Source: Candidatus Saccharimonadota bacterium (GTDB lineage: Bacteria > Pseudomonadota > Gammaproteobacteria > Enterobacterales > Enterobacteriaceae). Taken from it: a DNA stretch of 32,000 bases. Shown here piece after piece: positions 20,269 to 29,601 of the stretch (position 1 is the stretch's first letter; the number at the start of each line of letters is the position of its first letter). The notes below the pieces were generated by a model. The model was given only the letters and a program-made list of their open reading frames with translations, was not told where the DNA came from and ran no database searches. The translations under genes were made by a program, and so were the position numbers. The DNA lies in contig NZ_CP046533.1 of the NCBI RefSeq assembly GCF_014857065.1, forward strand, positions 120,001 to 152,000, written 5' to 3'.

Positions 20269-21276
20269 ATGAAAAACTCTAATATAAATAGTAAAAAAAT
20301 CATCCTTGAACCAGAAGATAACAATCGATTAATTTACTTGTGTGGGCCATTAGATTGCAATATTAAAGAAATAGAGCGTTTATTGGGCATAAACATTCAT
20401 CGATATAATAATATTTTTCAAATTATAGGAAATTATACGTCTGTTAATATTGCAATCACTGTATTACAATATTTATATTCAGATACCATTTCATTATACG
20501 GAAGCAATAAAGAGATTGGGTCAGAACAAATACATTTAGCTATAATAGAAAATAAAAGATTAAAAAAAAATAAATCATCCCTAACAAATCATAACAAAAT
20601 GTTTGATATACATGTAAAAAATCATGTCATTAAACCTAGAACAATAAATCAAAAAAAATATATTTTTCAGATTTTTAATCATGATGTCATATTTGGTATT
20701 GGACCAGCTGGAACCGGGAAAACTTATCTGGCTGTAGCAGCAGCAATAGAAGCTTTAGAAAACCAAAAGATTCATAAAATCTTATTAACAAGACCAGCTG
20801 TAGAAGTTGGTGAAAAATTAGGGTTTCTACCAGGTGATTTGCAGGAAAAAATAAATCCCTATTTACGCCCATTATACGATGCGCTATTCAAAATAATAGG
20901 TAATAAAGAAGTTGATAGATTAATAGCACATAATATTATCGAAATAGCTCCATTAGCTTATATGCGAGGAAGAACTTTAGATAACACTTTTATTTTACTT
21001 GATGAAGGGCAAAATACAACAATTTCACAAATGAAAATGTTTTTAACAAGATTAGGTTTGAATTCTAAAGCTATCATTACCGGAGATATTACTCAAATTG
21101 ATTTACCTAAAAATAAACAATCAGGATTATATCATGCTATTAAAATACTATCAGATATCAAAGAGATTAGTTTTAATATCTTTCATAGTACAGATGCAAT
21201 ACGTCATCCAATAGTTACCAAAATAATTAATGCCTATGAAGAAACAGAAAAAATACATTACTTAAAATCAAAGTGA
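20269..21276 (+). CDS. ybeZ: PhoH-like ATPase YbeZ
   Basis: The 335-aa ORF has Walker [16 protein letters not shown], then [19 protein letters not shown] and [10 protein letters not shown]. It is collinear with E. coli YbeZ. Confidence 0.95.
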   Translation: MKNSNINSKKIILEPEDNNRLIYLCGPLDCNIKEIERLLGINIHRYNNIFQIIGNYTSVNIAITVLQYLYSDTISLYGSNKEIGSEQIHLAIIENKRLKKNKSSLTNHNKMFDIHVKNHVIKPRTINQKKYIFQIFNHDVIFGIGPAGTGKTYLAVAAAIEALENQKIHKILLTRPAVEVGEKLGFLPGDLQEKINPYLRPLYDALFKIIGNKEVDRLIAHNIIEIAPLAYMRGRTLDNTFILLDEGQNTTISQMKMFLTRLGLNSKAIITGDITQIDLPKNKQSGLYHAIKILSDIKEISFNIFHSTDAIRHPIVTKIINAYEETEKIHYLKSK

Positions 21277-21350
21277 ATAGTTATTTTAAATAATAAAATG
21301 ATATAATATATGCATGATTAAAAAATCAATATCTTGAAAAGTAAAATAAA

Positions 21351-21809
21351 ATGAGGAAAGTTCTTCTTAATTTACAATTAGCTTGCAGTAAATCGCGTAA
21401 ATTACCTGATAAATTAACTTTCATACACTGGTTAGAAACAACGTTTCCTATTTCTAATAAAATAATGGAAGTAACCATCCGGTTAGTTAATAAAACAGAA
21501 AGTCGTACTTTAAATATGCGTTATCGTAATAAAAATTATCCTACTAACGTTTTATCTTTTCCATTTATCTCTCCAAAAGGAATAAATATACCAATACTTG
21601 GCGATCTAGTCATATGTCCTCAAGTAATAAAAGATGAAGCACAAAAACAAAATAAAAACCCTAAACGACATTGGGCTCATGTAGTTATTCATGGTACATT
21701 ACATTTATTAGGTTACAACCATATTTCAAATGAAGGATTCAAAGATATGAAAATGATGGAAATGAAAATTATGAGAAATTTAGGTTATCACAACCCCGAT
21801 GAGTTATAA
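21351..21809 (+). CDS. ybeY: Endoribonuclease YbeY (16S rRNA 3'-end maturation)
   Basis: The 152-aa ORF contains PTNVLSFPF, GDLVICPQV and the metal-binding motif HVVIHGTLHLLGYNH. Confidence 0.95.
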   Translation: MRKVLLNLQLACSKSRKLPDKLTFIHWLETTFPISNKIMEVTIRLVNKTESRTLNMRYRNKNYPTNVLSFPFISPKGINIPILGDLVICPQVIKDEAQKQNKNPKRHWAHVVIHGTLHLLGYNHISNEGFKDMKMMEMKIMRNLGYHNPDEL

Positions 21810-21857
21810 ACAAAACCTATCTTCCATTCATGAAAATTAGATTGATAATTAAATAAT

Positions 21858-22715
21858 ATGAACAACAATTATTCACAGGAAAATAATAACGTTCAGAATA
21901 AAAAAAACTTTTTAGCTATAATTTTGAATCAGTTATTTCATAATGAACCTAAAAATCACAACAACTTATTAAAAATTATTAAAAACTATGAACGAAACTC
22001 ATTAATTTCTACTGATACACATAAAATGTTAGAAGGTGTAGTAAATATTCCTAATAAAAAGATACGTGATATAATGATCCCAAGATCTCAAATCATAACT
22101 TTAAATAATTTTGAACCATTAGAAAAGAATTTTGATATAATTGTCAAATCTGCCCATTCTCGTTTCCCAGTTGTTAGCGAAAATAAGGATCAAGTAGTGG
22201 GTGTATTAATAGTCAAAGATTTACTACCTTTTTTAGTTAAAAATAATAAAAATTTTAATCTTGAAGCAATATTACGTCCAGCAAAAGTCGCTCCAGAAAA
22301 CAAACGTGTAGATAAAATGCTAAAAGAATTTCGTTCTCAACATTATCATATGTCTATCGTAATTGACGAATTTGGCGATATGTCTGGACTTATAACCATT
22401 GAAGATATACTTGAACTTATAGTAGGGAAAATAGAAGATGAATATGATGAAGACAATGATCATAATATTCGTCAAATAAACAAACGTACTTTTGTCGTAC
22501 ACGCATTAACATCAATAAAAAAATTTAATAAAACATTTAGCGCTCACTTCAGTAATGAAGAATTTGACACAATTGGTGGTTTAGTCATGCAATCTTTCGG
22601 ACATCTACCAAAAATTCATGAATCAATTGATATTGAAGGTTATATTTTTAAGGTATCTGCAACTGACAGTCGTTGTATTACGCAACTACTTGTATATACT
22701 CCAAACACTTTATGA
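21858..22715 (+). CDS. corC: CBS-domain Mg/Co efflux-associated protein CorC (YbeX)
   Basis: The 285-aa ORF has a CBS pair region (IRDIMIPRSQI...SRFPVV) and a CorC_HlyC-like C-terminus (VIDEFGDMSGLITIEDILELIVG). It follows ybeY as in E. coli. Confidence 0.92.
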   Translation: MNNNYSQENNNVQNKKNFLAIILNQLFHNEPKNHNNLLKIIKNYERNSLISTDTHKMLEGVVNIPNKKIRDIMIPRSQIITLNNFEPLEKNFDIIVKSAHSRFPVVSENKDQVVGVLIVKDLLPFLVKNNKNFNLEAILRPAKVAPENKRVDKMLKEFRSQHYHMSIVIDEFGDMSGLITIEDILELIVGKIEDEYDEDNDHNIRQINKRTFVVHALTSIKKFNKTFSAHFSNEEFDTIGGLVMQSFGHLPKIHESIDIEGYIFKVSATDSRCITQLLVYTPNTL

Positions 22716-22740
22716 ATAAAAAATAAATCTTGAATATAAA

Positions 22741-24279
22741 ATGAAAAATAATCACAAAAAAAACATTTTATTAAAAACGCATCTTTTACTATCTTTAATA
22801 ACTGGTATATCTGGAGTGTTTGCATTTTCTCCATACAACCTTTGGCTACTTGCTTTTTTTTCATGTACTGGTTTATTGATGCTAACTCTAAACAAAAACA
22901 TAAAACAAGCTGCGCTGCAAGGATTTATATGGGGAATTGGCTTTTTTGGTTATGGTATACACTGGGTACATATTGGTATTACTAAATTTAATGAGATATC
23001 CACGCTTGTAAGTTTCACAATAACAAGTGTATTTATAATTTACCTAGCATTTTATCCAGCATTATTTTCTGCATCATTAGTACTAATATGGCCAAATACT
23101 AATTTGTGGAGGTTAATTATTGGAGCTCCTGTACTATGGTCAATAACTGAATTTTTAAGAGGATATATATTCACTGGTTTTCCTTGGTTACAATTCGGGT
23201 ACAGTCAAATTGATAGTCCATTAAATGGATTAGCTCCAATTTTTGGAGTAAGAGCTATTACTTTTATAGTCGTAACTATAAGTGGACTTTTAACATTCTC
23301 TATAATAAAGAAACATTATCCATCTCTATTATCAATCATTATAATAATGTTAATTTCATGGACTTTAAGTTTAATTAAATGGTATCAAATAAGTGTAGAG
23401 CGCGTAATTAATATCGCTCTAGTTCAAGGTAATATTGATCAAATGATCAAATGGGATTCTGAAAGAATAAACGAAATATTAAATGTTTATTTAGAAAAAA
23501 GCTTACCTTTCATAAACACAGCAAAAATAATAATCTGGCCTGAAACGGCTATACCAGATATAGAAAAAAATCAAGAGTTATTTCTGCTTAAATTAGACCA
23601 AAAACTAAAAAAATACCACAGAAATTTAATTACTGGTATTATCGGTGCAGATAAGATATTACATAATACATACTATAATAGCATCATTGTAATTGGTAAT
23701 ACTATACCTGACACAAATTACAATAAAAATCGTTATGATAAACATCATTTGGTGCTATTAGGAGAAAAAATTTTTTTCCCATCATTATTACAAACATTAG
23801 TATCATTTTTAAAATTATCATTGCCAAATTTTTATTTACAATCAGGTAAATATTTACAACCACCTTTAAAAATACAAGGAATAAAATTCACTAGTGCTGT
23901 TTGTTATGAAATAATAATTGGTGAACAAATTTGGGATAATTTTACTCAGGATACAGATTTTATACTGACTATTTCCAATAATAGTTGGTTCGGTAATTCA
24001 ATTGAACCATGGCAACATTTTCAAATGACACGTATGCGTGCTCTTGAACTAGGTAGACCTTTACTACATTGTACAAATAATGGTATTACAGCCATCATTA
24101 ACGCAGATGGTACGCTGCAAAAACAACTACCTACATCTACTTGTCAAGTATTAAATATGAATGTCGCGTCTACCAATGGAGCTACTCCTTACGCCAAATG
24201 GGGATATTATCCATTTTGGATTATAAATTTATTTATAGGATTTATAAAATGTAATTTTAAAAAAGTAAAAAAATCATAA
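22741..24279 (+). CDS. lnt: Apolipoprotein N-acyltransferase
   Basis: The ORF is 512 aa, the same length as E. coli Lnt. The equivalents of the catalytic triad contexts are present (IIWPETA, YDKHHLV, SAVCYEII), as is FPWLQFGYSQIDSPL. Confidence 0.95.
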   Translation: MKNNHKKNILLKTHLLLSLITGISGVFAFSPYNLWLLAFFSCTGLLMLTLNKNIKQAALQGFIWGIGFFGYGIHWVHIGITKFNEISTLVSFTITSVFIIYLAFYPALFSASLVLIWPNTNLWRLIIGAPVLWSITEFLRGYIFTGFPWLQFGYSQIDSPLNGLAPIFGVRAITFIVVTISGLLTFSIIKKHYPSLLSIIIIMLISWTLSLIKWYQISVERVINIALVQGNIDQMIKWDSERINEILNVYLEKSLPFINTAKIIIWPETAIPDIEKNQELFLLKLDQKLKKYHRNLITGIIGADKILHNTYYNSIIVIGNTIPDTNYNKNRYDKHHLVLLGEKIFFPSLLQTLVSFLKLSLPNFYLQSGKYLQPPLKIQGIKFTSAVCYEIIIGEQIWDNFTQDTDFILTISNNSWFGNSIEPWQHFQMTRMRALELGRPLLHCTNNGITAIINADGTLQKQLPTSTCQVLNMNVASTNGATPYAKWGYYPFWIINLFIGFIKCNFKKVKKS

Positions 24280-24524
24280 TCATAGTTTAATTTATTTTAA
24301 TTTTCATTTGAACAAAATATATTATAATGAAATGAACTTATGAAATTTTATTATATAACAATATAATAGGCAAAATAAGCATATCAAAGAGATATATGTA
24401 AAAAAATGATATTTGTTGGGAAATATTAGAAATCTTTAAAGAATGATTATCACATGATAGAAAAAAATTTTATACACCATCATAAAATAATAACAATGTA
24501 TTTAATTTAAAATAATTTATGTAT

Positions 24525-27098
24525 ATGCAAGAATTTTATTCTCCAAAAGAAATAGAAACTAAAATTCAAAAATATTGGGAAGAGAACAAAATCTTTCAAG
24601 TTAAAGAAAGAGTTGATAAAAAGAAATTTTATTGCTTATCAATGTTACCATATCCTTCTGGAAAATTACATATTGGCCATGTTAGAAATTATACAATTGG
24701 AGATGTTATTTCTCGATATCAACGTATGTTAGGTAAAAACGTACTATATCCAATAGGTTGGGATGCTTTTGGTTTACCAGCAGAACAAGCTGCAAACAAA
24801 AATAAAAAATCACCAGCAGCATGGACATACTCAAATATTAATTATATGAAAAAACAATTAAAAATGTTAGGTTTCAGTTATGATTGGAGTAGAGAGATCA
24901 CTACTTGTAAGCCAGAATATTACCGTTGGGAACAATGGTTCTTTAATACCTTATACCAAAAAGGATTGGTTTATAAAAAAAATTCAACAATAAATTGGTG
25001 TCCGCAAGATCAAACGGTACTAGCTAATGAACAAGTCGTTGACGGTTGTTGTTGGCGCTGTAATTCAAAAATAGAACATAAAAATATTCCTCAGTGGTTC
25101 ATAAAAATTACTAATTATTCTGAACAATTATTACATGATTTAAATAAATTAAAAGACTGGCCAATAAAAATTAAAGATATGCAAAAAAACTGGATAGGAC
25201 GTTCAGAAGGATTTGAAATTATCTTTAAAATATCGAATAATAATCAATTTTTAAAAGTTTATGCTACCAACATTAAAAAATTAATGGAAGCAACTTATAT
25301 CACAGTATCTATTAATCATCCTTTTACATTAAAATTAATTAATAGTAACCCAAAATTAACTAGTTTTATTCAAAAGTATCATTCTGTAAAATTATCTGAA
25401 GTAGATATTACAAATATGGAAAAACAAGGTGTATATAGTAATTTTAATGCTATTCATCCTGTAACTAATCAAGAATTACCTATATGGATAACAAATTTTT
25501 TATTTATCAACAATAATTTAACAGATATTGCTTTGGGAACACCAATAAGTAATAAAAAAGATTGGGCTTTTGCAACTAAATATAATTTACCGATAACTAC
25601 TCATCCAATAAAGAACAACGATTCAATTACAATAAATTCAATTAATTCAAATAATATTGAAGAATACAAAGAACATAAACAATTAAGTGATCCAACAATA
25701 CTGGACAAGCTTACTAAAAAATTAATAAACCTGGGTATAATAACACGAAAAATAAAATATCGCTTACGTGATTGGTGTATCTCTCGCCAACGTTATTGGG
25801 GAGTGCCTATTCCAATGATAACATTAAAAAATAATGACGTTATTCCAGTTGCAATGAAGCAATTACCGGTTATCTTACCTGAAGATATTAATATAGAAGA
25901 TAATTTTAAAAATCCATTGATCAATAATAATCCATGGAAAAATATTATCTATAATGGAGATCTAGCCATTCGTGAAACAGATACATTTGATACATTTATA
26001 GAATCATCTTGGTATTATGCAAGACATACATGCCCTAATTACGATAAAGGAATGTTAAATCCTAATGCAGCCAATTACTGGTTGCCAATTGATCAATATG
26101 TTGGTGGTATTGAACATGCTGTAATGCATTTAATGTATTTTAGGTTTTTTCATAAATTAATGAGAGATCTAAACTTAGTGAATTCAGATGAACCTGCTAA
26201 AAAATTATTATGTCAAGGTATGGTATTAAATGATGCTTTTTATTATGTATCAGAAAATAAAGAACGCATTTGGGTTAATCCAAAAAATGTTAGTATAAAA
26301 TATAAGAAGGGGAAAATTGTTAGAGCCGTAGATAAAAAAGGACACGAACTAATTTACGCTGGTATGCTTAAAATGTCTAAATCAAAAAACAACGGCGTAG
26401 ATCCTCAAATGATAGTTGAAAAATATGGTGCTGATACCGTACGTTTATTTGTAATGTTTGCAGCACCTCCAGAAATGCCATTTGAATGGAAAGAAGCAGG
26501 AATAAAAGGAGCCAAGCGTTTTTTAAACCGTATTTGGAAACTAACGCATGATCATATTCAACATAATTCTATATTACTGTTAGATATAAATAATTTAAAT
26601 AAAAAACAAACAAACTTAAGACAAGAATTACATAAAACTATTGCTAAAGTTACTCATGATATTGAAAATCGTCAAATGTTTAATACAGCTATTTCTTCTA
26701 TTATGGAATTTGTAAATCAATTAATTAAGGCTCCAAAAGACAATAAACAAGACTGTGCTTTAATGCAAGAAGCATTAAACGTAATAATACGTTTAATTTA
26801 TCCGTTTACTCCACATATCGCTTTTGTCCTTTGGAAAGTTTTAGGTAATAAAGAAGACATTGATTATGTTCCATGGCCAAATGTAGATTTACGAGCAATA
26901 GCAGAGAATGAAAAAAAAATAATTATTCAATTTAATGGTAAATTTTATTGTACTATAACAATGCCAATTAATTCTGATGAGGTTACTGTATGCAAATATA
27001 CTTTACAAAATACTTCAATAAAAAGATTTTTAAAAAAAAATAGACCATATGGAAAAATCTTTATCAAAAATAAATTATTAAACATAATTCAAAAATAA
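24525..27098 (+). CDS. leuS: Leucyl-tRNA synthetase
   Basis: Homology to E. coli LeuRS (MQEQYRPEEIESKVQ) starts at the second ATG at 24525 (MQEFYSPKEIETKIQ); the track start is 24519. The HIGH motif (KLHIGH), KMSKS, the Zn-finger cysteines and YRLRDWCISRQRYWG are present. The CP1 editing motifs are degenerate (see findings). Confidence 0.96.
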   Translation: MQEFYSPKEIETKIQKYWEENKIFQVKERVDKKKFYCLSMLPYPSGKLHIGHVRNYTIGDVISRYQRMLGKNVLYPIGWDAFGLPAEQAANKNKKSPAAWTYSNINYMKKQLKMLGFSYDWSREITTCKPEYYRWEQWFFNTLYQKGLVYKKNSTINWCPQDQTVLANEQVVDGCCWRCNSKIEHKNIPQWFIKITNYSEQLLHDLNKLKDWPIKIKDMQKNWIGRSEGFEIIFKISNNNQFLKVYATNIKKLMEATYITVSINHPFTLKLINSNPKLTSFIQKYHSVKLSEVDITNMEKQGVYSNFNAIHPVTNQELPIWITNFLFINNNLTDIALGTPISNKKDWAFATKYNLPITTHPIKNNDSITINSINSNNIEEYKEHKQLSDPTILDKLTKKLINLGIITRKIKYRLRDWCISRQRYWGVPIPMITLKNNDVIPVAMKQLPVILPEDINIEDNFKNPLINNNPWKNIIYNGDLAIRETDTFDTFIESSWYYARHTCPNYDKGMLNPNAANYWLPIDQYVGGIEHAVMHLMYFRFFHKLMRDLNLVNSDEPAKKLLCQGMVLNDAFYYVSENKERIWVNPKNVSIKYKKGKIVRAVDKKGHELIYAGMLKMSKSKNNGVDPQMIVEKYGADTVRLFVMFAAPPEMPFEWKEAGIKGAKRFLNRIWKLTHDHIQHNSILLLDINNLNKKQTNLRQELHKTIAKVTHDIENRQMFNTAISSIMEFVNQLIKAPKDNKQDCALMQEALNVIIRLIYPFTPHIAFVLWKVLGNKEDIDYVPWPNVDLRAIAENEKKIIIQFNGKFYCTITMPINSDEVTVCKYTLQNTSIKRFLKKNRPYGKIFIKNKLLNIIQK

Positions 27099-27149
27099 AT
27101 GATATGTTATTGTAAAATATTCAAAAATTAATGTTTGTGCTGACAATAG

Positions 27150-27549
27150 ATGTTTTTGTTAATTGTAGGATTCAATCGAACATGTATGAAATTATGCTAT
27201 GCTATCAATTTTAAAAATTTAATTTCCTATAATCCAAACTACTTACAATTTATTAATCAAAATAATAAAAACAAAGTCGGATTTCAATAATATCCATTTA
27301 TATTGCTAATATGTCTGAATGCCAAAGAAAAAAGAAAACTACTACTTTTCAAAAAAATATATTAGTAAAATCTCAACTAATATTAAAAATGTAAATAAAA
27401 TATCAATAATTCAAGAAAATTTTACTCTGTCAACATTAAAGTTTACAGATCATTCTTTAAAATTTATTCACTTCATTATCAGAAAACTTAGAAGTTGGTA
27501 CTTTACGAAAATATACCAACAAACCATACAAAAATTAATACATAAATGA
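27150..27549 (+). pseudogene. lptE: LptE (RlpB) LPS-assembly lipoprotein homologue, split across two reading frames
   Basis: It sits in the syntenic slot between leuS and holA. Fragment A (27150..27290, 46 codons) reads MFLLIVGFNRTCMKLCYAINFKNLISYNPNYLQFINQNNKNKVGFQ* and resembles E. coli LptE ...CGWHLRD...[26 protein letters not shown]. Fragment B is the track ORF at 27319..27549, in a different frame. Its FIIRKLRSWYF...KIYQQTIQKLIHK resembles E. coli PISAKVFRSFF...EMYDRAAEQLIRKL. A TAA at 27288 and stops in the other frames separate the two fragments. Confidence 0.55.
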
Positions 27550-27637
27550 TTTTATGTATTTTATATAACAAATAATAAATAAAGATAACTTGTAGTACAA
27601 ATAATTAATACAATCAAGCATATTCATAAATATAATT

Positions 27638-28648
27638 ATGATTTATTTATATCCAGAAGAATTAGATACGAAGCTAATAAATAAAATTAATATACCATAT
27701 ATCCTATATGGTAATGACCTTTATTTATTACAGGAAACCAAAAAGAAAATTTTTAAAACAGCAAAAAATTATAATTTTAGAGAAAATTATAATTTTATTT
27801 TAAATGAACATACTGATTGGGATCATATAATTAATATATGTAAAACTTTAAATTTATTTTCTTGTCGGAAAATATTGTTTTTCACTTTGACACATAATTA
27901 TTACAACAAAATTATTGACAAAAATTTATCTTATTTAATCTCATTCATTAATAATGATTTACTGTTTATTATTCATATTAATCAATTAAATGAAAATATA
28001 AAAAAATACATGTGGTTTAAAATAATTCATAAAAAATCAATTTTAATTAATTGTAATGCACCTAAAAACAATCATTTACTAAATTGGATATTGAACAAAA
28101 CAAAAAAAATGGATCTTTCATTAGAACAAGCTGGCTATCATTTACTCTGTAAATACTACAAAAATAATCTATTTGATTTAATGAAAATATTAGAAAATTT
28201 ATGCTTCATATATGATAAAAAAAAAGTTTCGTTAATTAAAATACAGAATATAATCAATGAAAATATAAATTTTACCCCGTCACATTGGATTAGCAGTGTT
28301 TTATCTGGTAAATACCAATTAGCCTGCTATATTCTACAAAAATTAAAATTAGAAGACGCGGATCCTATAATTCTGTTGCGCAAAATTCAACAAGAAGTCA
28401 TCTTCTTAATAAGATTAAAACGACAAAACAAACGAGAAGTGACACCTAATATTTTATTAAATGAATATAAAATATACAAAACTAAACGCCAATTTTTATT
28501 AACAAAAGCGTTTAAACGACTTAATCAATACCAATTAAATGCATCTATAAACATCATGATTCAATTAGAATTAAGATTAAAAAAAAACGAAATTTGTTAC
28601 GATACTTGGAACAAACTGGAAATTTTAACTACATTATTATGTATGTAA
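27638..28648 (+). CDS. holA: DNA polymerase III delta subunit
   Basis: The 336-aa ORF begins MIYLYPEELDTKL...YILYGNDLYLLQE, versus E. coli HolA MIRLYPEQLRAQL...YLLLGNDPLLLQE. FTPSHWISSVLSGK and DPIILLRKIQQEV are also collinear. Confidence 0.9.
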   Translation: MIYLYPEELDTKLINKINIPYILYGNDLYLLQETKKKIFKTAKNYNFRENYNFILNEHTDWDHIINICKTLNLFSCRKILFFTLTHNYYNKIIDKNLSYLISFINNDLLFIIHINQLNENIKKYMWFKIIHKKSILINCNAPKNNHLLNWILNKTKKMDLSLEQAGYHLLCKYYKNNLFDLMKILENLCFIYDKKKVSLIKIQNIINENINFTPSHWISSVLSGKYQLACYILQKLKLEDADPIILLRKIQQEVIFLIRLKRQNKREVTPNILLNEYKIYKTKRQFLLTKAFKRLNQYQLNASINIMIQLELRLKKNEICYDTWNKLEILTTLLCM

Positions 28649-29162
28649 ATAATTATCATTAATGACTAATATCAAATACATCTATTAAAACCTTTACTTA
28701 AAATAAATAAATATTTAGTGCAAAATTTACTAAAAATTAAAAAATTAAATTTTTATAATTATGATTTACTACATATTTTATTTGAAATATAATAAATTAT
28801 TAAAATATAAGAATATTTTAAATATGTTTTATGTAATATAATTAATACTATAATATTATATTGTTTTCAAAATTGATCTAAATCATAAAAAACGATCTTT
28901 AATACTAATAAATCGCAAAGTAAAGTAACTTCTTTAATTAAACTCGTATTAAACAAATATATCAAAACTAATTTTTAAAATTACCATATATATTGATAAA
29001 TAGAAACATTCTTCTAATTTAAAACTTGTATATAGTTGACTTTATATAAAAATAAAAAGATTATAAATAAAAATTTTTAATAATATAAACATTTATCTTA
29101 AATAATCTTTTCCCAAAAAGATTATTGTCTTAACATAAAACCTCAACTTATTTAAAATAAAA

Positions 29163-29513
29163 ATGATTAAAACACAATTACAAAATACATCACCTAAATC
29201 TACTATAAAAATAAAAAATTTAATAATTGATATTATTGATAATTTAAAAGGGGAAAATATTATAACTATAAATGTCATAAATAAATCTAATATAACGGAT
29301 TACTTAATTATATGTACCGGAATATCTGCTAGACATACAATAGCTATCGCTAATTACATAACAAAAAAATCAAATGTTTTAGGTGTAAAAATTTTATGTA
29401 TTGCAGGAGAAAATACAGGAGAGTGGGTTATAATTGATTTAGGAGACATCATACTTCACATTATGGAAAAACAAACAAGAAAACTTTACGAACTAGAAAA
29501 ACTATGGAATTAG
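29163..29513 (+). CDS. rsfS: Ribosomal silencing factor RsfS (YbeB)
   Basis: The 116-aa ORF contains DNLKGENIITINV..KSNITDYLIICTGISARH and WVIIDLGDIILHIMEKQTRKLYELEKLW, closely matching E. coli RsfS. Confidence 0.94.
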   Translation: MIKTQLQNTSPKSTIKIKNLIIDIIDNLKGENIITINVINKSNITDYLIICTGISARHTIAIANYITKKSNVLGVKILCIAGENTGEWVIIDLGDIILHIMEKQTRKLYELEKLWN

Positions 29514-29601
29514 TAATATATTTTAATTTAATTATTATTGAATGACAACAAAACTAACTTAATCCATCCAATTCAATATAATGCGATTGTAGCTTCATTA
29601 A

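Noticed and set aside
29101-29126. A perfect 11-bp inverted repeat (AATAATCTTTT-CCCA-AAAAGATTATT) lies 37 nt upstream of rsfS.
   Set aside because: The stem is almost entirely A/T with a single C-G pair, and no T-run follows on either strand. At this base composition, chance palindromes of this length are expected about once per loop size in 32 kb. It is not convincing as a terminator or operator.
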